Origin: Patescibacteria group bacterium
GTDB taxonomy: Bacteria; Patescibacteriota; UBA1384; 2-12-FULL-50-11
Direction of reading: 5' to 3'
Length of the DNA stretch: 64,000 bases
Assembly: GCA_016861245.1 (NCBI GenBank)
Contig: BOKZ01000001.1
Location: forward strand, 280,962 to 344,961
Shown here: one piece after another, positions 10,170 through 20,945 of the stretch
Layout of the letters: each line of letters starts with the position of its first letter
Numbering within the stretch: position 1 is the stretch's first letter
The notes under the pieces: generated by a model
Seen by the model: the letters and a program-made list of their open reading frames with translations, nothing else
The model's database searches: none
What the model was told of the DNA's origin: nothing
Program-made: the position numbers and the translations under genes

Positions 10170-10311
10170 TGCGGAGAGGGAGGGATTTGTCGCTGTGCTC
10201 CAACTTCTCAATCGCTTCGCTCATTCGCAGTCGAACCATAACGCAACGCGTTAGGTTCTCACCCTACCTATCGGATCGCAAACATCCCCACAGGAGTGGG
10301 TATATCTACAA
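10170..10311 (-). repeat. tRNA-Ser 3'-end duplicate with a hairpin cassette in the T-loop
   Basis: tgcggagagggagggatt at 10170-10187 equals 10312-10329; the match resumes (tcgaacc) at 10231. Confidence 0.85.
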
Positions 10312-10313
10312 TG

Positions 10314-10400
10314 CGGAGAGGGAGGGATTCGAACCCTCGATACCCTTGCGGATATATCGCCTTTCCAAGGCGACGCACTAGGCCACTATGCGACCTCTCC
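10314..10400 (-). tRNA. tRNA-Ser(GGA)
   Basis: GGAGAGG acceptor, TCGCC-TTGGAAA-GGCGA anticodon arm, long variable arm, GGTTCGAATCC; CCA not encoded. Confidence 0.95.
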
Positions 10401-10477
10401 TAACGAATTCCTGGTAATTTTACCTGAAAACTGTAAAAAAATATGCCCACTCATCGCACGAGTGGGCAGGTCGGCAA

Positions 10478-10765
10478 TTAGCCGACGGATTGCAAGAACT
10501 TCTTGGGGCAGGGCTGCCCATCCACCAGAGCGCGTTGGACGTAGCGCGGAATGTGTTGGTCGTGACCATCCTTCTTCAGCTCGGCGATTCCCTCCCGGGT
10601 CGCGTCGATCCGCCGAAGCGTCTTGTGCGGTTTGTCGAGTAGACGGCTCGACCTTTGCACGGCGCGGTAGACCTGGTTGATGATCCTGCTTCTCGGATTG
10701 GCTCCGATGTGTTGGGCAGCAGCTACCATGAGCTGCCGTTCGTTCTTACAGTTACTGAGTTGCAA
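10478..10765 (-). CDS. Hypothetical basic protein
   Basis: TTG start with ggagg upstream; hairpin downstream (tgcccactc..gagtgggca). Confidence 0.45.
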   Translation of the reverse strand: MQLSNCKNERQLMVAAAQHIGANPRSRIINQVYRAVQRSSRLLDKPHKTLRRIDATREGIAELKKDGHDQHIPRYVQRALVDGQPCPKKFLQSVG

Positions 10766-10898
10766 TGTGTATTACCCTCCGATGTTCGCCTCCGTTTTTG
10801 CGGAAACGTTTTAGAATGATACTAAAAAATGTCCGAAAGATCCAGTAGTTTCTCGGTATACTCTTCTGGTCCCGTATCTGTTATTCTCCGTGTAAGCG

Positions 10899-12650
10899 AT
10901 GAACGAAGTTGAGGAAATAAAGGGACGGCTGGATCTTGTTGATTTGATTAGTCAGTACGTCGTTTTAAAGAAAGCCGGTACTAACTACAAAGGCGTCTGC
11001 CCGTTTCATCAGGAGAAAACGCCGTCGATGATGGTTAGCCCGCAAAAACAGATCTGGAAGTGCTTCGGCTGCGGTAAGGGCGGCGATCACTACACGTTCG
11101 TAATGGAGGCCGAACACCTTGAGTTCGGCGACGCTCTTAGACTCTTAGCACAGAAAGCTGGGGTTACGTTGCAGCCGCGAACTACGGCTGAGCATCAAAG
11201 CCAGGGTCGCAAGGAGCTGCTCTATCGAGTAAATAAACTGGCAGCAGCGATATTCCAAAAAGTTTTATTTGGGACACCAGAAGGTAAAGCGGCTTTGGCG
11301 TATCTAGAGTCGCGTCAAATTTCAACAGATTCGTTAAAGGAGTTTGGTGTCGGATTTGCTTCGAAACGCATCTCGTTGCAAAAATTGATGGCTAGCAAAG
11401 GGGTAACCGCCACCGATCTACAGCGCGCTGGCTCTCCGGAGAAATTCTTCGATCGAATTATATTCCCAATCTACGACGTACTTGGGAACGTTATCGCCTT
11501 TACCGGTCGCTCGCTCGGAGACGCCCAGCCAAAGTATCTCAACTCTCCTGAAACTCAATTATTCTCAAAAGGCCGGGTTCTATACGGACTGCATCTGGCA
11601 AAGGCTGGTATTAAAAAAGAAGATCGAGTGATTTTAGTTGAGGGCCAGCTGGATGTTATCGCGCTGCATCAGGCCGGTGTTACTGAAGTTGTTGCCAGTT
11701 CGGGGACTGCTGTAACCGAGCAGCAGCTTCAGATTCTCTCTAAATACACTCAAAATTTCGTCCTCGGCTTCGACGGCGACGCAGCCGGCGTCAGTACGAC
11801 CGAGAAAGTTGTTCAACTACTACTCAAGAACGACCTGAGCGGTCGGGTGTTAAGTTTTGGTTCGTATAAAGATGCCGGCGAACTTTTTGAAAAAGCCCCG
11901 AAGACGTGGGCAGACACACTAAAAAGCGCTACAGAAATGGTCGATTGGCTTATTAACCAGAAAGTTAGAGCTGTTGGTTCCCTCCAATTTATCGAGAACA
12001 AAAAGAAATTAACCTCTATGATTTTGCCGACGCTGCAGCTGGTTCCAGACGCCACAAGACTCGACTACTACGTTCAGCGTCTTGCCTCACTGTTACAAGT
12101 TAGCTCGGAAAGCTTATACACAACCTTAAAAAAAACGAGCCAACCAAAAACTCCAGACACTGGCAGCTCAAGAGTAGTCGAAAAGCCGCCCACGCTAACC
12201 AATGAGGAGCAGCTACTTGCACTACTTCTCTCTAACCCGTCTGGGATTAAGCGTCATCTTAAAAAAATTGAAGACGTAGTTTGGCAGAGCATGGATGCCG
12301 AGCTGATTGCTTCTTCAATCAAGAAGTGGTACACTGATGAAACTTTGGTGAAGAACCCGTCTCGCTTTTCTTCACAGGTGAAAACCGACCTTGACTCACG
12401 CATAAGTGAGAAAATTGACTCGTGGCAATTTTGGCTCTCTTCCCAATGGGAGCAGCTTTCGCCGGCGCTTACGGAAGAGCTGCTACAGGAAAAATTCTCT
12501 CAACTCTCAACAAAACAATACGATCAGCAAAAATCCGCGCTAGCTAGCGGTATTCAACGAGCGCAGCAGGCCGGCGATTTAACGGAAGTAAAGCGGTTAA
12601 TGAACGAATTAAACGAACTATCAAAACAAACTAAGGAGAATAACGTATGA
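10899..12650 (+). CDS. dnaG: DNA primase
   Basis: [14 protein letters not shown] zinc ribbon, [21 protein letters not shown] and FDGDAAG. Confidence 0.97.
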   Translation: MNEVEEIKGRLDLVDLISQYVVLKKAGTNYKGVCPFHQEKTPSMMVSPQKQIWKCFGCGKGGDHYTFVMEAEHLEFGDALRLLAQKAGVTLQPRTTAEHQSQGRKELLYRVNKLAAAIFQKVLFGTPEGKAALAYLESRQISTDSLKEFGVGFASKRISLQKLMASKGVTATDLQRAGSPEKFFDRIIFPIYDVLGNVIAFTGRSLGDAQPKYLNSPETQLFSKGRVLYGLHLAKAGIKKEDRVILVEGQLDVIALHQAGVTEVVASSGTAVTEQQLQILSKYTQNFVLGFDGDAAGVSTTEKVVQLLLKNDLSGRVLSFGSYKDAGELFEKAPKTWADTLKSATEMVDWLINQKVRAVGSLQFIENKKKLTSMILPTLQLVPDATRLDYYVQRLASLLQVSSESLYTTLKKTSQPKTPDTGSSRVVEKPPTLTNEEQLLALLLSNPSGIKRHLKKIEDVVWQSMDAELIASSIKKWYTDETLVKNPSRFSSQVKTDLDSRISEKIDSWQFWLSSQWEQLSPALTEELLQEKFSQLSTKQYDQQKSALASGIQRAQQAGDLTEVKRLMNELNELSKQTKENNV

Positions 12651-13768
12651 CAAAAGCAGTACCGAAAAAAATAAAGCAAGACGTCGGCCTTAATTTTCCT
12701 GAAGAGCTGATGTACCTTATTCGCAAAGGCCGGGCGCACGGATTCGTTACATATAAAGAAATCTTGCAGAGCTTCACCGAGCCGGAAAATGATTTAGAGG
12801 TAGTCGACGAGTTTATGCGCTACCTTGATACGATCGGGGTTGAGTTACGCGAACCAAAACCCTTACTCGACATTCCCGAAATAGAAACCGGCAAGAAAAA
12901 AGTAGTCAAAGACGACGACATTACCGGACTCAGCGAAGACTCGGTCCGCATGTATCTTCGTGAGATCGGTCAGTACCCGCTCTTAACTGGTGACGAAGAG
13001 GTTCGATTAGCCAAACGGATTGAGCGTGGTGATAAGGCAGCCAAACGAAAACTAGCCGAAGCTAATCTTCGATTAGTCGTCTCGATTGCCAAAAAATACA
13101 TCGGTCGCGGTTTATCGCTTTTGGATTTAATCCAAGAAGGAAATCTTGGTCTGCATCGGGCGGTAGAGAAGTTCGATTACAAAAAAGGCTTTAAGTTCTC
13201 GACGTACGCCACGTGGTGGATCCGCCAAGCAATTACCCGAGCGATCGCCGACCAAGCTCGCACTATTCGTATCCCAGTTCATATGGTCGAGACCATCAAC
13301 CGATATATGCGTACGCAACGCGAACTTCAACAGGAGCTCGGTCGCGAGCCAACCCACGAAGAGTTAGCCAAAAAACTCGGCGTCGAGCTCGATAAGCTCG
13401 AACACATTATGAAAATCTCACAAGAAACAGTTTCGCTTGAATCCCCTGTTGGCGACGAAGGCGACTCGAGCCTAGGCGAGTTCATTGAAGATAAAAATAC
13501 GATCTCACCAGAAGAGCAAGCGATTTATCAGTTGATGAAAGGTCACGTCGAGGAGTCGCTCTCGATTTTAACGCCACGCGAACAAAAAATCTTGCGAATG
13601 CGTTTTGGCTTAGATGCCGAGGAAGGCTCAGCTCGTACCCATACGTTGGAAGAAGTCGGAAAAGAGTTCGGTGTTACTCGCGAGCGTATCCGACAGATAG
13701 AAGCTAAAGCATTACAAAAACTCAAAAAACACGAAGAAGCCTCAAAGCTCAAAGACTACTTAAACTAG
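12647..13768 (+). CDS. rpoD: Primary sigma factor
   Basis: [61 protein letters not shown]; follows dnaG. Confidence 0.97.
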   Translation: MTKAVPKKIKQDVGLNFPEELMYLIRKGRAHGFVTYKEILQSFTEPENDLEVVDEFMRYLDTIGVELREPKPLLDIPEIETGKKKVVKDDDITGLSEDSVRMYLREIGQYPLLTGDEEVRLAKRIERGDKAAKRKLAEANLRLVVSIAKKYIGRGLSLLDLIQEGNLGLHRAVEKFDYKKGFKFSTYATWWIRQAITRAIADQARTIRIPVHMVETINRYMRTQRELQQELGREPTHEELAKKLGVELDKLEHIMKISQETVSLESPVGDEGDSSLGEFIEDKNTISPEEQAIYQLMKGHVEESLSILTPREQKILRMRFGLDAEEGSARTHTLEEVGKEFGVTRERIRQIEAKALQKLKKHEEASKLKDYLN

Positions 13769-13804
13769 CGTTGTAATGTTATTCGAATTTGCTACGCTCG
13801 TAGT

Positions 13805-14140
13805 ATGAGTAATATTGGGCTAGAAGACGTATTACAGAAGAGCTTGTTTGAGGTTTCTGAACTTGAGGGACTGTCTGAGGAAGAAAAGGCAGACGTTTTT
13901 CAGAAAGCGTATGAGACGGTGATGAATCGAGTAATGCTGCGAGTCGCCGACCAGCTCGATGAACAAGGTCTAGATAAATTAAAAGAACTGATTAATGCTG
14001 GTGATGCCAAGGCTGTTCAGGCGTTCTTTGAAGAAAACGGTATTGATATTGATCAGATTGCCACGACAGAATCACTTGCGTATAAGGTAGAGATGGCTTC
14101 TATCTCTGAGACGCTGCGCGGTCAGCACCAGAGTAACTAA
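13805..14140 (+). CDS. Small acidic helical protein (resembles CPR DUF5663-type)
   Basis: LEGLSEEEKA..F....ETV..RV...V...LDE pattern. Confidence 0.55.
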   Translation: MSNIGLEDVLQKSLFEVSELEGLSEEEKADVFQKAYETVMNRVMLRVADQLDEQGLDKLKELINAGDAKAVQAFFEENGIDIDQIATTESLAYKVEMASISETLRGQHQSN

Positions 14141-14141
14141 A

Positions 14142-16991
14142 ATGTCGGAGCTGAGGGGCGCTGATGCTGGCCAAGATCCGGAAGTTTATGAATTAAGCCC
14201 CGACGAGTGGAAAGATACCACTGAGGAAGTAGCCGAAAAACCAGAGAGCGAACCAACCCCGGAAGAGCCTGCTCCACTGATTTCACCCGAGAACGCCGAT
14301 ACGGTTGTCGATAATAAACAGGAACGCGAGAAATTCGCTATTAATTACGTTGAGCAGGCCCGACAGCGAAGTATCGAAGAGATCGCGGAGCGTTATAAAA
14401 TTAGTGAGGGTAATGTACTTAGCCGATTTATTAAGCAAACCAAAGCTGTATTTGCAGGTGAATACTCTGACTTAAAAATCTCTGAACGAGTTGCTGATGC
14501 AAAGCCTGAAGAGCAAGCCAAAGAACTTAAAAAAGCATTTCGATTATTAGGTCGTGATGGCGCACTTCGTCTCGGCAAAATTGGTGTAAAAACCGGTGTT
14601 GCTGGTGGTATCGGTGCAGGTATTGCCGCAATACTCGGTGGGACAGTCGGCTCGCCTGTCTTTCTAGCGGCGTTGGCTGGCGGTGCTGCGGCGCGAGGGG
14701 CCTTCGAGCTTTACCGACATTTTAAGAAGGATGAACGTGAGGGTAGAACCAAAGTTATCGAATCTCGCTCTAAGGTATTTGCCGAGGCAGCCAGGCTTCA
14801 AGACCAAGCTGTGGATCTAGTCATGGAGCGCGAGGAGGCCGACGAAGAACGAAGGGTGGAAATCGACAAACAACTTGCAGAACTCCATCAATACTTTATT
14901 GACCTCACTCATTATGAAAGCTACCAGGCACTTTATGCGGAAAATAAAGTGGAGAAGGAACTCAGTGGTTTAGCTGAAACGCAAAGACTTGGCTATGACA
15001 AGATGCGTCTTGAAAAAAAACGAGAGAAGGTAGCCGACATTATTGCAGCAGGTGGTTCAATATTAGGTGGGCTGGGAGGATATGCAATTCAGGAGAGCTT
15101 GCTTAATGCCGATATTGATAAAGTTCGTGGGGTATGGGCAGATTTTGATAAAGATGGAATACAACATTTTGTCGAAAAAATTAACCCGAGTGATATCGCT
15201 AGCGCCGATCCAGGGTTTGCCCAACAACTCGAAAAAACAGGAGGTTTTGTCTTTAACTACAACGGTGGAACTGCGGCGGCTGAGTTTGGCGTCAATAAGG
15301 CTGCCGAAGTTACAACAGCCGTGTTAAATAATGGTAGCGAAGTTCACGTATTATCAGGTCTCAACGATAGTATCTTCCGCAACTTGATAGTGCAAAATAA
15401 TCCCGAACTTGCTGAGCGCGCTGCTGCGTTAGCCGGATCGTTCTGGAAAGAAGCTGTGCCAATAGCTGGGGCACAGCTGCAGTTCTTGGCTGAGTTCTTT
15501 TCATCTGTTAAAAAGAGTGGCGGAGAACCCAAGGCAACTGAATCAAAATCTGATGATAATCGGCTAGCATTACCGGGCGGCGAAGCTAAAGCGTTACCGA
15601 TGCGCAAAAAACCAGAAGAATCGGGCGTTGATAAAACGGATGGCGAGCAAGCAGCTCTTAACGCCCGTGACCAAAAAGAATTACCAGCTGGTGAAAATGG
15701 CAAGAACTTACCGGTTCGGTGGGCCGAAAAAGACACTACTGGTCATCAAGAAATCCTTGAAGGTGTTGAAGAGGATATTAGCAAGGCTTTCCTGGAGGCT
15801 TATAACGAAAAAGGCGATAAGAAAGTTGAACCAGAAAGTAGTGACGCTGCGTCGATAGTTGAAGATGTTGAGAAGCTGTATTCGTTTGGAGCTTCTGAAT
15901 TAGACGAAGATACGTTAAACACATTTGGGATCACAATGAGCAAGACTCCAGCACCAGACGGTCGTTCGGTCACGTCGATCTTCTTGAAAAACAAAGACAA
16001 TTTCTCCCAATCTATTAAGTTAGAATATCCGGAGCCAGAGTACGATCGCGAAGGGCGGCCGTTGCCGAACCCGCCTAAGATTGTTCTTGGTAGAACTGAT
16101 TCACGGGAGAAAGATGGTTGGAAAGTTATAACAAACCCATCAAGCAAAGAAGTGACAGCTCTGCTTAACGAGATTGTTGACCGGTTTGAAGATGCTAACG
16201 CCAAGAAACAGCTTCAAAAGGAAGAACCGGTGCCCATCACTGTTAACGGCCAGCCTAATATTAATACTGTAAGGGTAGAAGCAAATAAGAGCGTTGAGGA
16301 GAACGAAGCGAGCGTAAAGTTTGAAGATATAGCCCAAGGTGACGTACTTTTCTTGAGAGTTCCTGAGGGTGATTCAAGCCGAATCGGCACTACTGTTCTG
16401 CGAAGCGGTGAGAAAGAAAATGGTTTGGTAAAAATCACCGTAGATCGAGTCGATTCAAAGCGTCAAACGATCGTTACTAAGGTTGGCAAAATTGCTCAAC
16501 CATTTGTGTATTCAACGATCGAATCAATGGTAGTTGGGCGAAATCTAGAATCATCTCAATCGGAGGAAGTTACAGAACAAGATCGGTCCCCAACCGAAGA
16601 AGAAAATCCAAATCATACTCAACAACCTGAAAAACAAGTAGAGCAGCTAATCCAAGCTCCCGAGCCAGAACCGGAGTCAGAGTCTGAGCCCGACAAGGAG
16701 TTGTACGATTTAATTACAGAGGCGGGTAAAACCCCAGACGATTTCGCCGAGGGCCAGTCAATTAATTTTTCTGAAGCAGCGGATAACAGCGAACAAGCAG
16801 CAGAGATTAAAGAGGCATTAAATATCCCTCGCTCGCAAAAACTATCGGAGACTCCGCTTTCAATACTAATGGCAGAAGGCGTTGGAGAACCGGAGACCAT
16901 AGACTTTAATATTACTTTAATGCGTGATGAAGGTGACCAACAGTACGATCATACTATCTCGCTCCGGGAGCTAATTAAATTAATCAAATAA
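14142..16991 (+). CDS. Large acidic protein with glycine-zipper hydrophobic hairpins and a coiled coil
   Basis: 949-aa ORF; GVAGGIGAGIAAILGG..LAGGAAA and IIAAGGSILGGLGG segments. Confidence 0.8.
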   Translation: MSELRGADAGQDPEVYELSPDEWKDTTEEVAEKPESEPTPEEPAPLISPENADTVVDNKQEREKFAINYVEQARQRSIEEIAERYKISEGNVLSRFIKQTKAVFAGEYSDLKISERVADAKPEEQAKELKKAFRLLGRDGALRLGKIGVKTGVAGGIGAGIAAILGGTVGSPVFLAALAGGAAARGAFELYRHFKKDEREGRTKVIESRSKVFAEAARLQDQAVDLVMEREEADEERRVEIDKQLAELHQYFIDLTHYESYQALYAENKVEKELSGLAETQRLGYDKMRLEKKREKVADIIAAGGSILGGLGGYAIQESLLNADIDKVRGVWADFDKDGIQHFVEKINPSDIASADPGFAQQLEKTGGFVFNYNGGTAAAEFGVNKAAEVTTAVLNNGSEVHVLSGLNDSIFRNLIVQNNPELAERAAALAGSFWKEAVPIAGAQLQFLAEFFSSVKKSGGEPKATESKSDDNRLALPGGEAKALPMRKKPEESGVDKTDGEQAALNARDQKELPAGENGKNLPVRWAEKDTTGHQEILEGVEEDISKAFLEAYNEKGDKKVEPESSDAASIVEDVEKLYSFGASELDEDTLNTFGITMSKTPAPDGRSVTSIFLKNKDNFSQSIKLEYPEPEYDREGRPLPNPPKIVLGRTDSREKDGWKVITNPSSKEVTALLNEIVDRFEDANAKKQLQKEEPVPITVNGQPNINTVRVEANKSVEENEASVKFEDIAQGDVLFLRVPEGDSSRIGTTVLRSGEKENGLVKITVDRVDSKRQTIVTKVGKIAQPFVYSTIESMVVGRNLESSQSEEVTEQDRSPTEEENPNHTQQPEKQVEQLIQAPEPEPESESEPDKELYDLITEAGKTPDDFAEGQSINFSEAADNSEQAAEIKEALNIPRSQKLSETPLSILMAEGVGEPETIDFNITLMRDEGDQQYDHTISLRELIKLIK

Positions 16992-17066
16992 AAATTAGAT
17001 AAAAAAAGAGGACCGTCTCGTTGGCTGGTGCCATTGAGAACGGTCCGTTGTGGATTCATTGTTGCG

Positions 17067-17714
17067 CTACTGCTTGAGCGCTTCCTGCAGAAGCTGCAGT
17101 AGAGTGCCGGGGTCGGGGCGTTCGAAGCCGCGCTGCTCGCAGTAGTCCGCGAAAACTCCGAGTCGCTTCTCGATCCGTGCGTACTCAGGCTGAGGCTTGT
17201 TGGCCTCCGCCCGAAGCTGCTTTGCAGCGCTGAAGTTGATGTTGCCGAGATCATCGAGCAACGGAAGGATGTTACTGGCCGTCACCTTCTGCGGCTTGGC
17301 CAGCTTCGCATTCGTCTGCGACTCCTCGAGTCGCCGGTTGGCGTTGGCGAGACGTTTGGTGAGTTCGTTGTTCTCACCCTCCTTCGTGTTGCTGTCGGCT
17401 CTCGCCGTCTCCAGCTCGCCTTCTAGGCGCCTAATCTCCTCGCGCTCCTTGGCGCACGGTTCCTCTTCCTTGCAAGTGCAAGGTTCCGACTCCTTTTTGG
17501 GGAGGGGTTGCTCGACGATTGGCTTCGGCTCCTCCTTCTTCGGAGGCTCCGGAGCTGGGGTCGGTCGCTGAGGCGGAGTCGGCGGTGCCGTCTCCAGCCT
17601 GGCGGTAGGACGGTTTGCGTATGCCCCCCAAGCCGCGATGGCGGCCAGGACGAGCAAGACGATGATGAGGATCGCCCCGAGGGGCGTGGTCAGCATGAGG
17701 TCACTGATGTTCAT
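17067..17714 (-). CDS. Membrane-anchored Pro-rich/coiled-coil protein
   Basis: TM, PTP/PEP linker, heptad repeats; aggag upstream of MNISD. Confidence 0.65.
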   Translation of the reverse strand: MNISDLMLTTPLGAILIIVLLVLAAIAAWGAYANRPTARLETAPPTPPQRPTPAPEPPKKEEPKPIVEQPLPKKESEPCTCKEEEPCAKEREEIRRLEGELETARADSNTKEGENNELTKRLANANRRLEESQTNAKLAKPQKVTASNILPLLDDLGNINFSAAKQLRAEANKPQPEYARIEKRLGVFADYCEQRGFERPDPGTLLQLLQEALKQ

Positions 17715-17731
17715 GGTTTCTTCCCGACTCC

Positions 17732-18328
17732 TTAGCGGTGGATCCAGTAGCGTCGGCCAAAGCCGATCAGAACGATGAGAGTGAGAATCAGAACCCACCA
17801 AGTGAGTCCGTCGAACTTTCCGTTGATGCCGGCGATTGCCGGCGTCACGGCGTCCATCTCTTCCTCAAGCGTTTTTACGCGCTTTTCGGTTTTGCCTTGT
17901 CGGTCGTTAAGACCGCCTTTGCCGTTCAACTGCGACTCGTGCTTCCACACGAGGTTGCTGTGAGCATCGAGCCTAGCGTCTTGCGCCTTGTCGCGCGCCG
18001 CTTGCTGCTTTTTAAAGGCAGCCAGGGCGTTCGAGTGAGTGCGCATCCGCTTCGCGGCGCGAGCCATGCCCGGCTTGTCGCCGCGATGCCGACACTCGTT
18101 GTACTGGTTTTTTGCCTCGAAGTAATTCCGAGCCGCTACCTCAACTCCCTCCCGAGTTTCCCAGGGCGGAGGTTGATGACTCGGCAAGTTCGTGGGGTCT
18201 TGGCCGACTGGGTCGGTGCTCGTGACCGGCGGGTTCGCTCCGCCGAGTTCGTCGACGCTCTGCGCGAACGCAGAAGCTGAGCCGACGACGAGCACAATGA
18301 CGAAGAGAAGCATTTTCAGAGTCTTCAT
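17732..18328 (-). CDS. Exported coiled-coil protein with C-terminal TM anchor
   Basis: Signal peptide ..SASAFA; aaggag SD; C-terminal TM plus RRYWIHR. Confidence 0.7.
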   Translation of the reverse strand: MKTLKMLLFVIVLVVGSASAFAQSVDELGGANPPVTSTDPVGQDPTNLPSHQPPPWETREGVEVAARNYFEAKNQYNECRHRGDKPGMARAAKRMRTHSNALAAFKKQQAARDKAQDARLDAHSNLVWKHESQLNGKGGLNDRQGKTEKRVKTLEEEMDAVTPAIAGINGKFDGLTWWVLILTLIVLIGFGRRYWIHR

Positions 18329-18530
18329 TGGTGCGTGTCTCCTTGGGCCGTCGCCGGCCGTCGTAGCAATGTCGTTATGTTTATGTGCGTCGTGGTTGTT
18401 TTCTGAACTCTCACGATGCGGCGCTAACTATACCCGAAACATTGCAAAATGTCAATAAGTTTAGACGGAATTTTTGGAATAATTTCTAATTGGTTAACAG
18501 AGTAATTTTTTAGAAAGGGGTAGGGTAAAA

Positions 18531-19331
18531 CTATTTCTTAATGCCAGTTACACAGCCAAAGCGGGCTTCGGAAATATTCTCTTCGTCGCTGCGCCGATGT
18601 GAGAAAAAGTCTGAGCTAGTACGAGTGTCGATCGGCGATTCTTCGATATGTTCCTCGTAAATCCCAGCGCTAAGTAATTGATCGTAGGCAAATCGAGAAA
18701 CGTCAACATGGTAGTGTTCAATCTCGTTATCTCTGACAATATTTTTGTCAGAGAAGGTGCATTTATTGCACCTATATATATACGGCTGCCACTGAGGAAA
18801 CTTTGTCTGGTTTATCTCTTTAAACTTAGCCGACTCCTTCTTAATGCTCGGAGACATACCTACAAGGATATTCTCAGGTTTGGCGCCGTAGTGTTCTCGA
18901 AGAGCTTGGACTGCTACTCGAGGAACTTCTCGGTGGACACCTTTCCACCCGGCGTGAGCAAGCGCTACGCAACCAGTAACAGGGTCGTAGAAGAAAAGCG
19001 CCAGACAGTCGGCGACTACAAAGAACAGAAAAACATCGGGTTTATTGGTTACTAGAATATCGGCCGACAGGAGTGACCTTGTCTCCTCGACGCCCTTACC
19101 GCGATCTTTCTCTGTTACTTCGAGAACATCAGCTTCGTGAAAGAGCTGGGCGACAGCAACTTTCTCTGGGTTAACCTCAAGTGAGGTGAAGAACTTATAT
19201 CGGTTAGCGATCACCTCGTCGTCTCGCCCGTACAAAAATGACATATTACCAAAGGCAGCGGTGGCGACGCCGTGAACCAATTCGGGGAATTTCGAGAGAT
19301 TTTGGAAACGATACGCTTCCATAGTACTCAT
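18531..19331 (-). CDS. YfiH/PgeF family (purine nucleoside phosphorylase/polyphenol oxidase-like)
   Basis: VADCLAL, LAHAGWKG, FFSHRR. Confidence 0.9.
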   Translation of the reverse strand: MSTMEAYRFQNLSKFPELVHGVATAAFGNMSFLYGRDDEVIANRYKFFTSLEVNPEKVAVAQLFHEADVLEVTEKDRGKGVEETRSLLSADILVTNKPDVFLFFVVADCLALFFYDPVTGCVALAHAGWKGVHREVPRVAVQALREHYGAKPENILVGMSPSIKKESAKFKEINQTKFPQWQPYIYRCNKCTFSDKNIVRDNEIEHYHVDVSRFAYDQLLSAGIYEEHIEESPIDTRTSSDFFSHRRSDEENISEARFGCVTGIKK

Positions 19332-19410
19332 TTTCCTTCGTTTATTGGGCGAAGCGTCGGGAACGGAATTACTTCTTTAATTGAGTGCTGGTTAGTGAGA
19401 ATACTCAGCA

Positions 19411-20895
19411 TTACTTCGTTTTCTCCTCACCAATATTCTTGATAGGTTTTAGCGTAGGAAAGGGTATAACTTCCTTTATAGAATATTGGTTCGTCAAAAT
19501 CATCGTCATTCGATCTATTCCCATTCCCCAACCGGCAGTCGGCGGCATACCGAATTTTAAAGCCTCGATGTAGTTTTCGTCGAGCATCTGCGCTTCGTCC
19601 CAACCTTCTTCGCGCATCTCCATCTGTTCACGGAATCTCGCTTCTTGATCGAGCGGATCGTTTAGCTCTGAGTACGCATTTACTAATTCAAACCCACCCG
19701 CCACAATTAGCTGGAACTTTTGTGCAGTCTCTGGCCGATCTTCGTAACGTTTGGCTAGCGGCGCGGTCGCGATCGGGTAATCGATAACGAACGTAGGTTG
19801 AACAATCTTGGGTCGGCAGGTTTTTTTGAACAGCTCATCAACCAACTCGCTCCACACTTTAATATCTTGACCCTTGAATTCAATCTTTTTTGCTTTAACA
19901 GCGGCGTTAAGCTTTTTAAAATCGTTCTCGGTGTCGATGTTAATCCCGGTCTCTTCTTCAATAAGGTCGCGATATTTTTTAACGACGAAATCACCGCTAA
20001 AGTCGAGTTTGTGACCTTGGTACTCAATAGTTAACGTACCGTTTGTTTTTTCGACTAATTCTTGAACTAGTTTTTGAGTAACACCGCGCAACCCTTCGGC
20101 TGTTTGATACGCCCAGTAAAATTCACACATCGTGAACTCTGGATTATGCATGTGAGACAATCCTTCGTTGCGGAAATCCGGGCCGATCTCGTAGACGCGC
20201 TCGAAGCCGCCCACGACTAAGCGTTTCAAATACAGCTCGTCGGAAACTCGGAGATAAAAATCGGCGTCAAGCGCGTTGTGGTGGGTAATAAACGGCCTAG
20301 CGGTGGCACCGCCTGGGATTGGCTGTAGTACCGGCGTGGTTATTTCGATGAATCCGTGGCGATCGAGAAAGTCGCGAATACCGCTAATAATGTTACTACG
20401 GGTTTTAATGATTTCTCGAGTAGATTTGTTAATCTTAAAATCCAAAGAGCGCGATCGGTAACGCGTTTCGACGTCCGTCAGGCCGTGCCAGCCCTCCGGA
20501 ATTGGTAGGAGCGATTTTGACAGTAGCTGAAATTCTTTAGCTTTTAAAGAAAGCTCGCCAGCTTTGGTAATAAACATCTCCCCCGAGATCCATACGTAAT
20601 CGCCAACGTCCAGAAGTTTCAGGAGCTCATACGACTTCTCGCCGACTTCGTCGAGCTTAAAATAAACTTGCAGTTTTTCTTCTGGATCTTCGATGTCAAA
20701 AAAGGTCGACTTGCCGTGCTCTCGAATCGCTGTAATCCGACCCACCGTTGCTGTCTTCTCGCCTTCTTTCTTTTTTCGAACCTCGCCGATTACGTGAAAG
20801 CTTGGCGTTCTGTTCGGATACGGATTGATGCCGAGCTTTTTAAGTTCGTTTAGCTTGTCTAATCGGATCTCAGCCTCAGGCTTGTTCTGACTCAT
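19411..20895 (-). CDS. lysS: Lysine--tRNA ligase, class II
   Basis: GGATARPFITHHN, FRNEG..HNPEFT, ELNDP, GMPPTAGWGMGIDR. Confidence 0.97.
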   Translation of the reverse strand: MSQNKPEAEIRLDKLNELKKLGINPYPNRTPSFHVIGEVRKKKEGEKTATVGRITAIREHGKSTFFDIEDPEEKLQVYFKLDEVGEKSYELLKLLDVGDYVWISGEMFITKAGELSLKAKEFQLLSKSLLPIPEGWHGLTDVETRYRSRSLDFKINKSTREIIKTRSNIISGIRDFLDRHGFIEITTPVLQPIPGGATARPFITHHNALDADFYLRVSDELYLKRLVVGGFERVYEIGPDFRNEGLSHMHNPEFTMCEFYWAYQTAEGLRGVTQKLVQELVEKTNGTLTIEYQGHKLDFSGDFVVKKYRDLIEEETGINIDTENDFKKLNAAVKAKKIEFKGQDIKVWSELVDELFKKTCRPKIVQPTFVIDYPIATAPLAKRYEDRPETAQKFQLIVAGGFELVNAYSELNDPLDQEARFREQMEMREEGWDEAQMLDENYIEALKFGMPPTAGWGMGIDRMTMILTNQYSIKEVIPFPTLKPIKNIGEEKTK

Positions 20896-20945
20896 ACCAA
20901 GATTCTACCTGAAAACCCCCATTATTAGGAGCTCCTTTCAATAAA

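Noticed and set aside
10154-10381. 75-aa ORF containing AEREGFEPS
   Set aside because: This is an antisense translation of tRNA-Ser and its duplicate.
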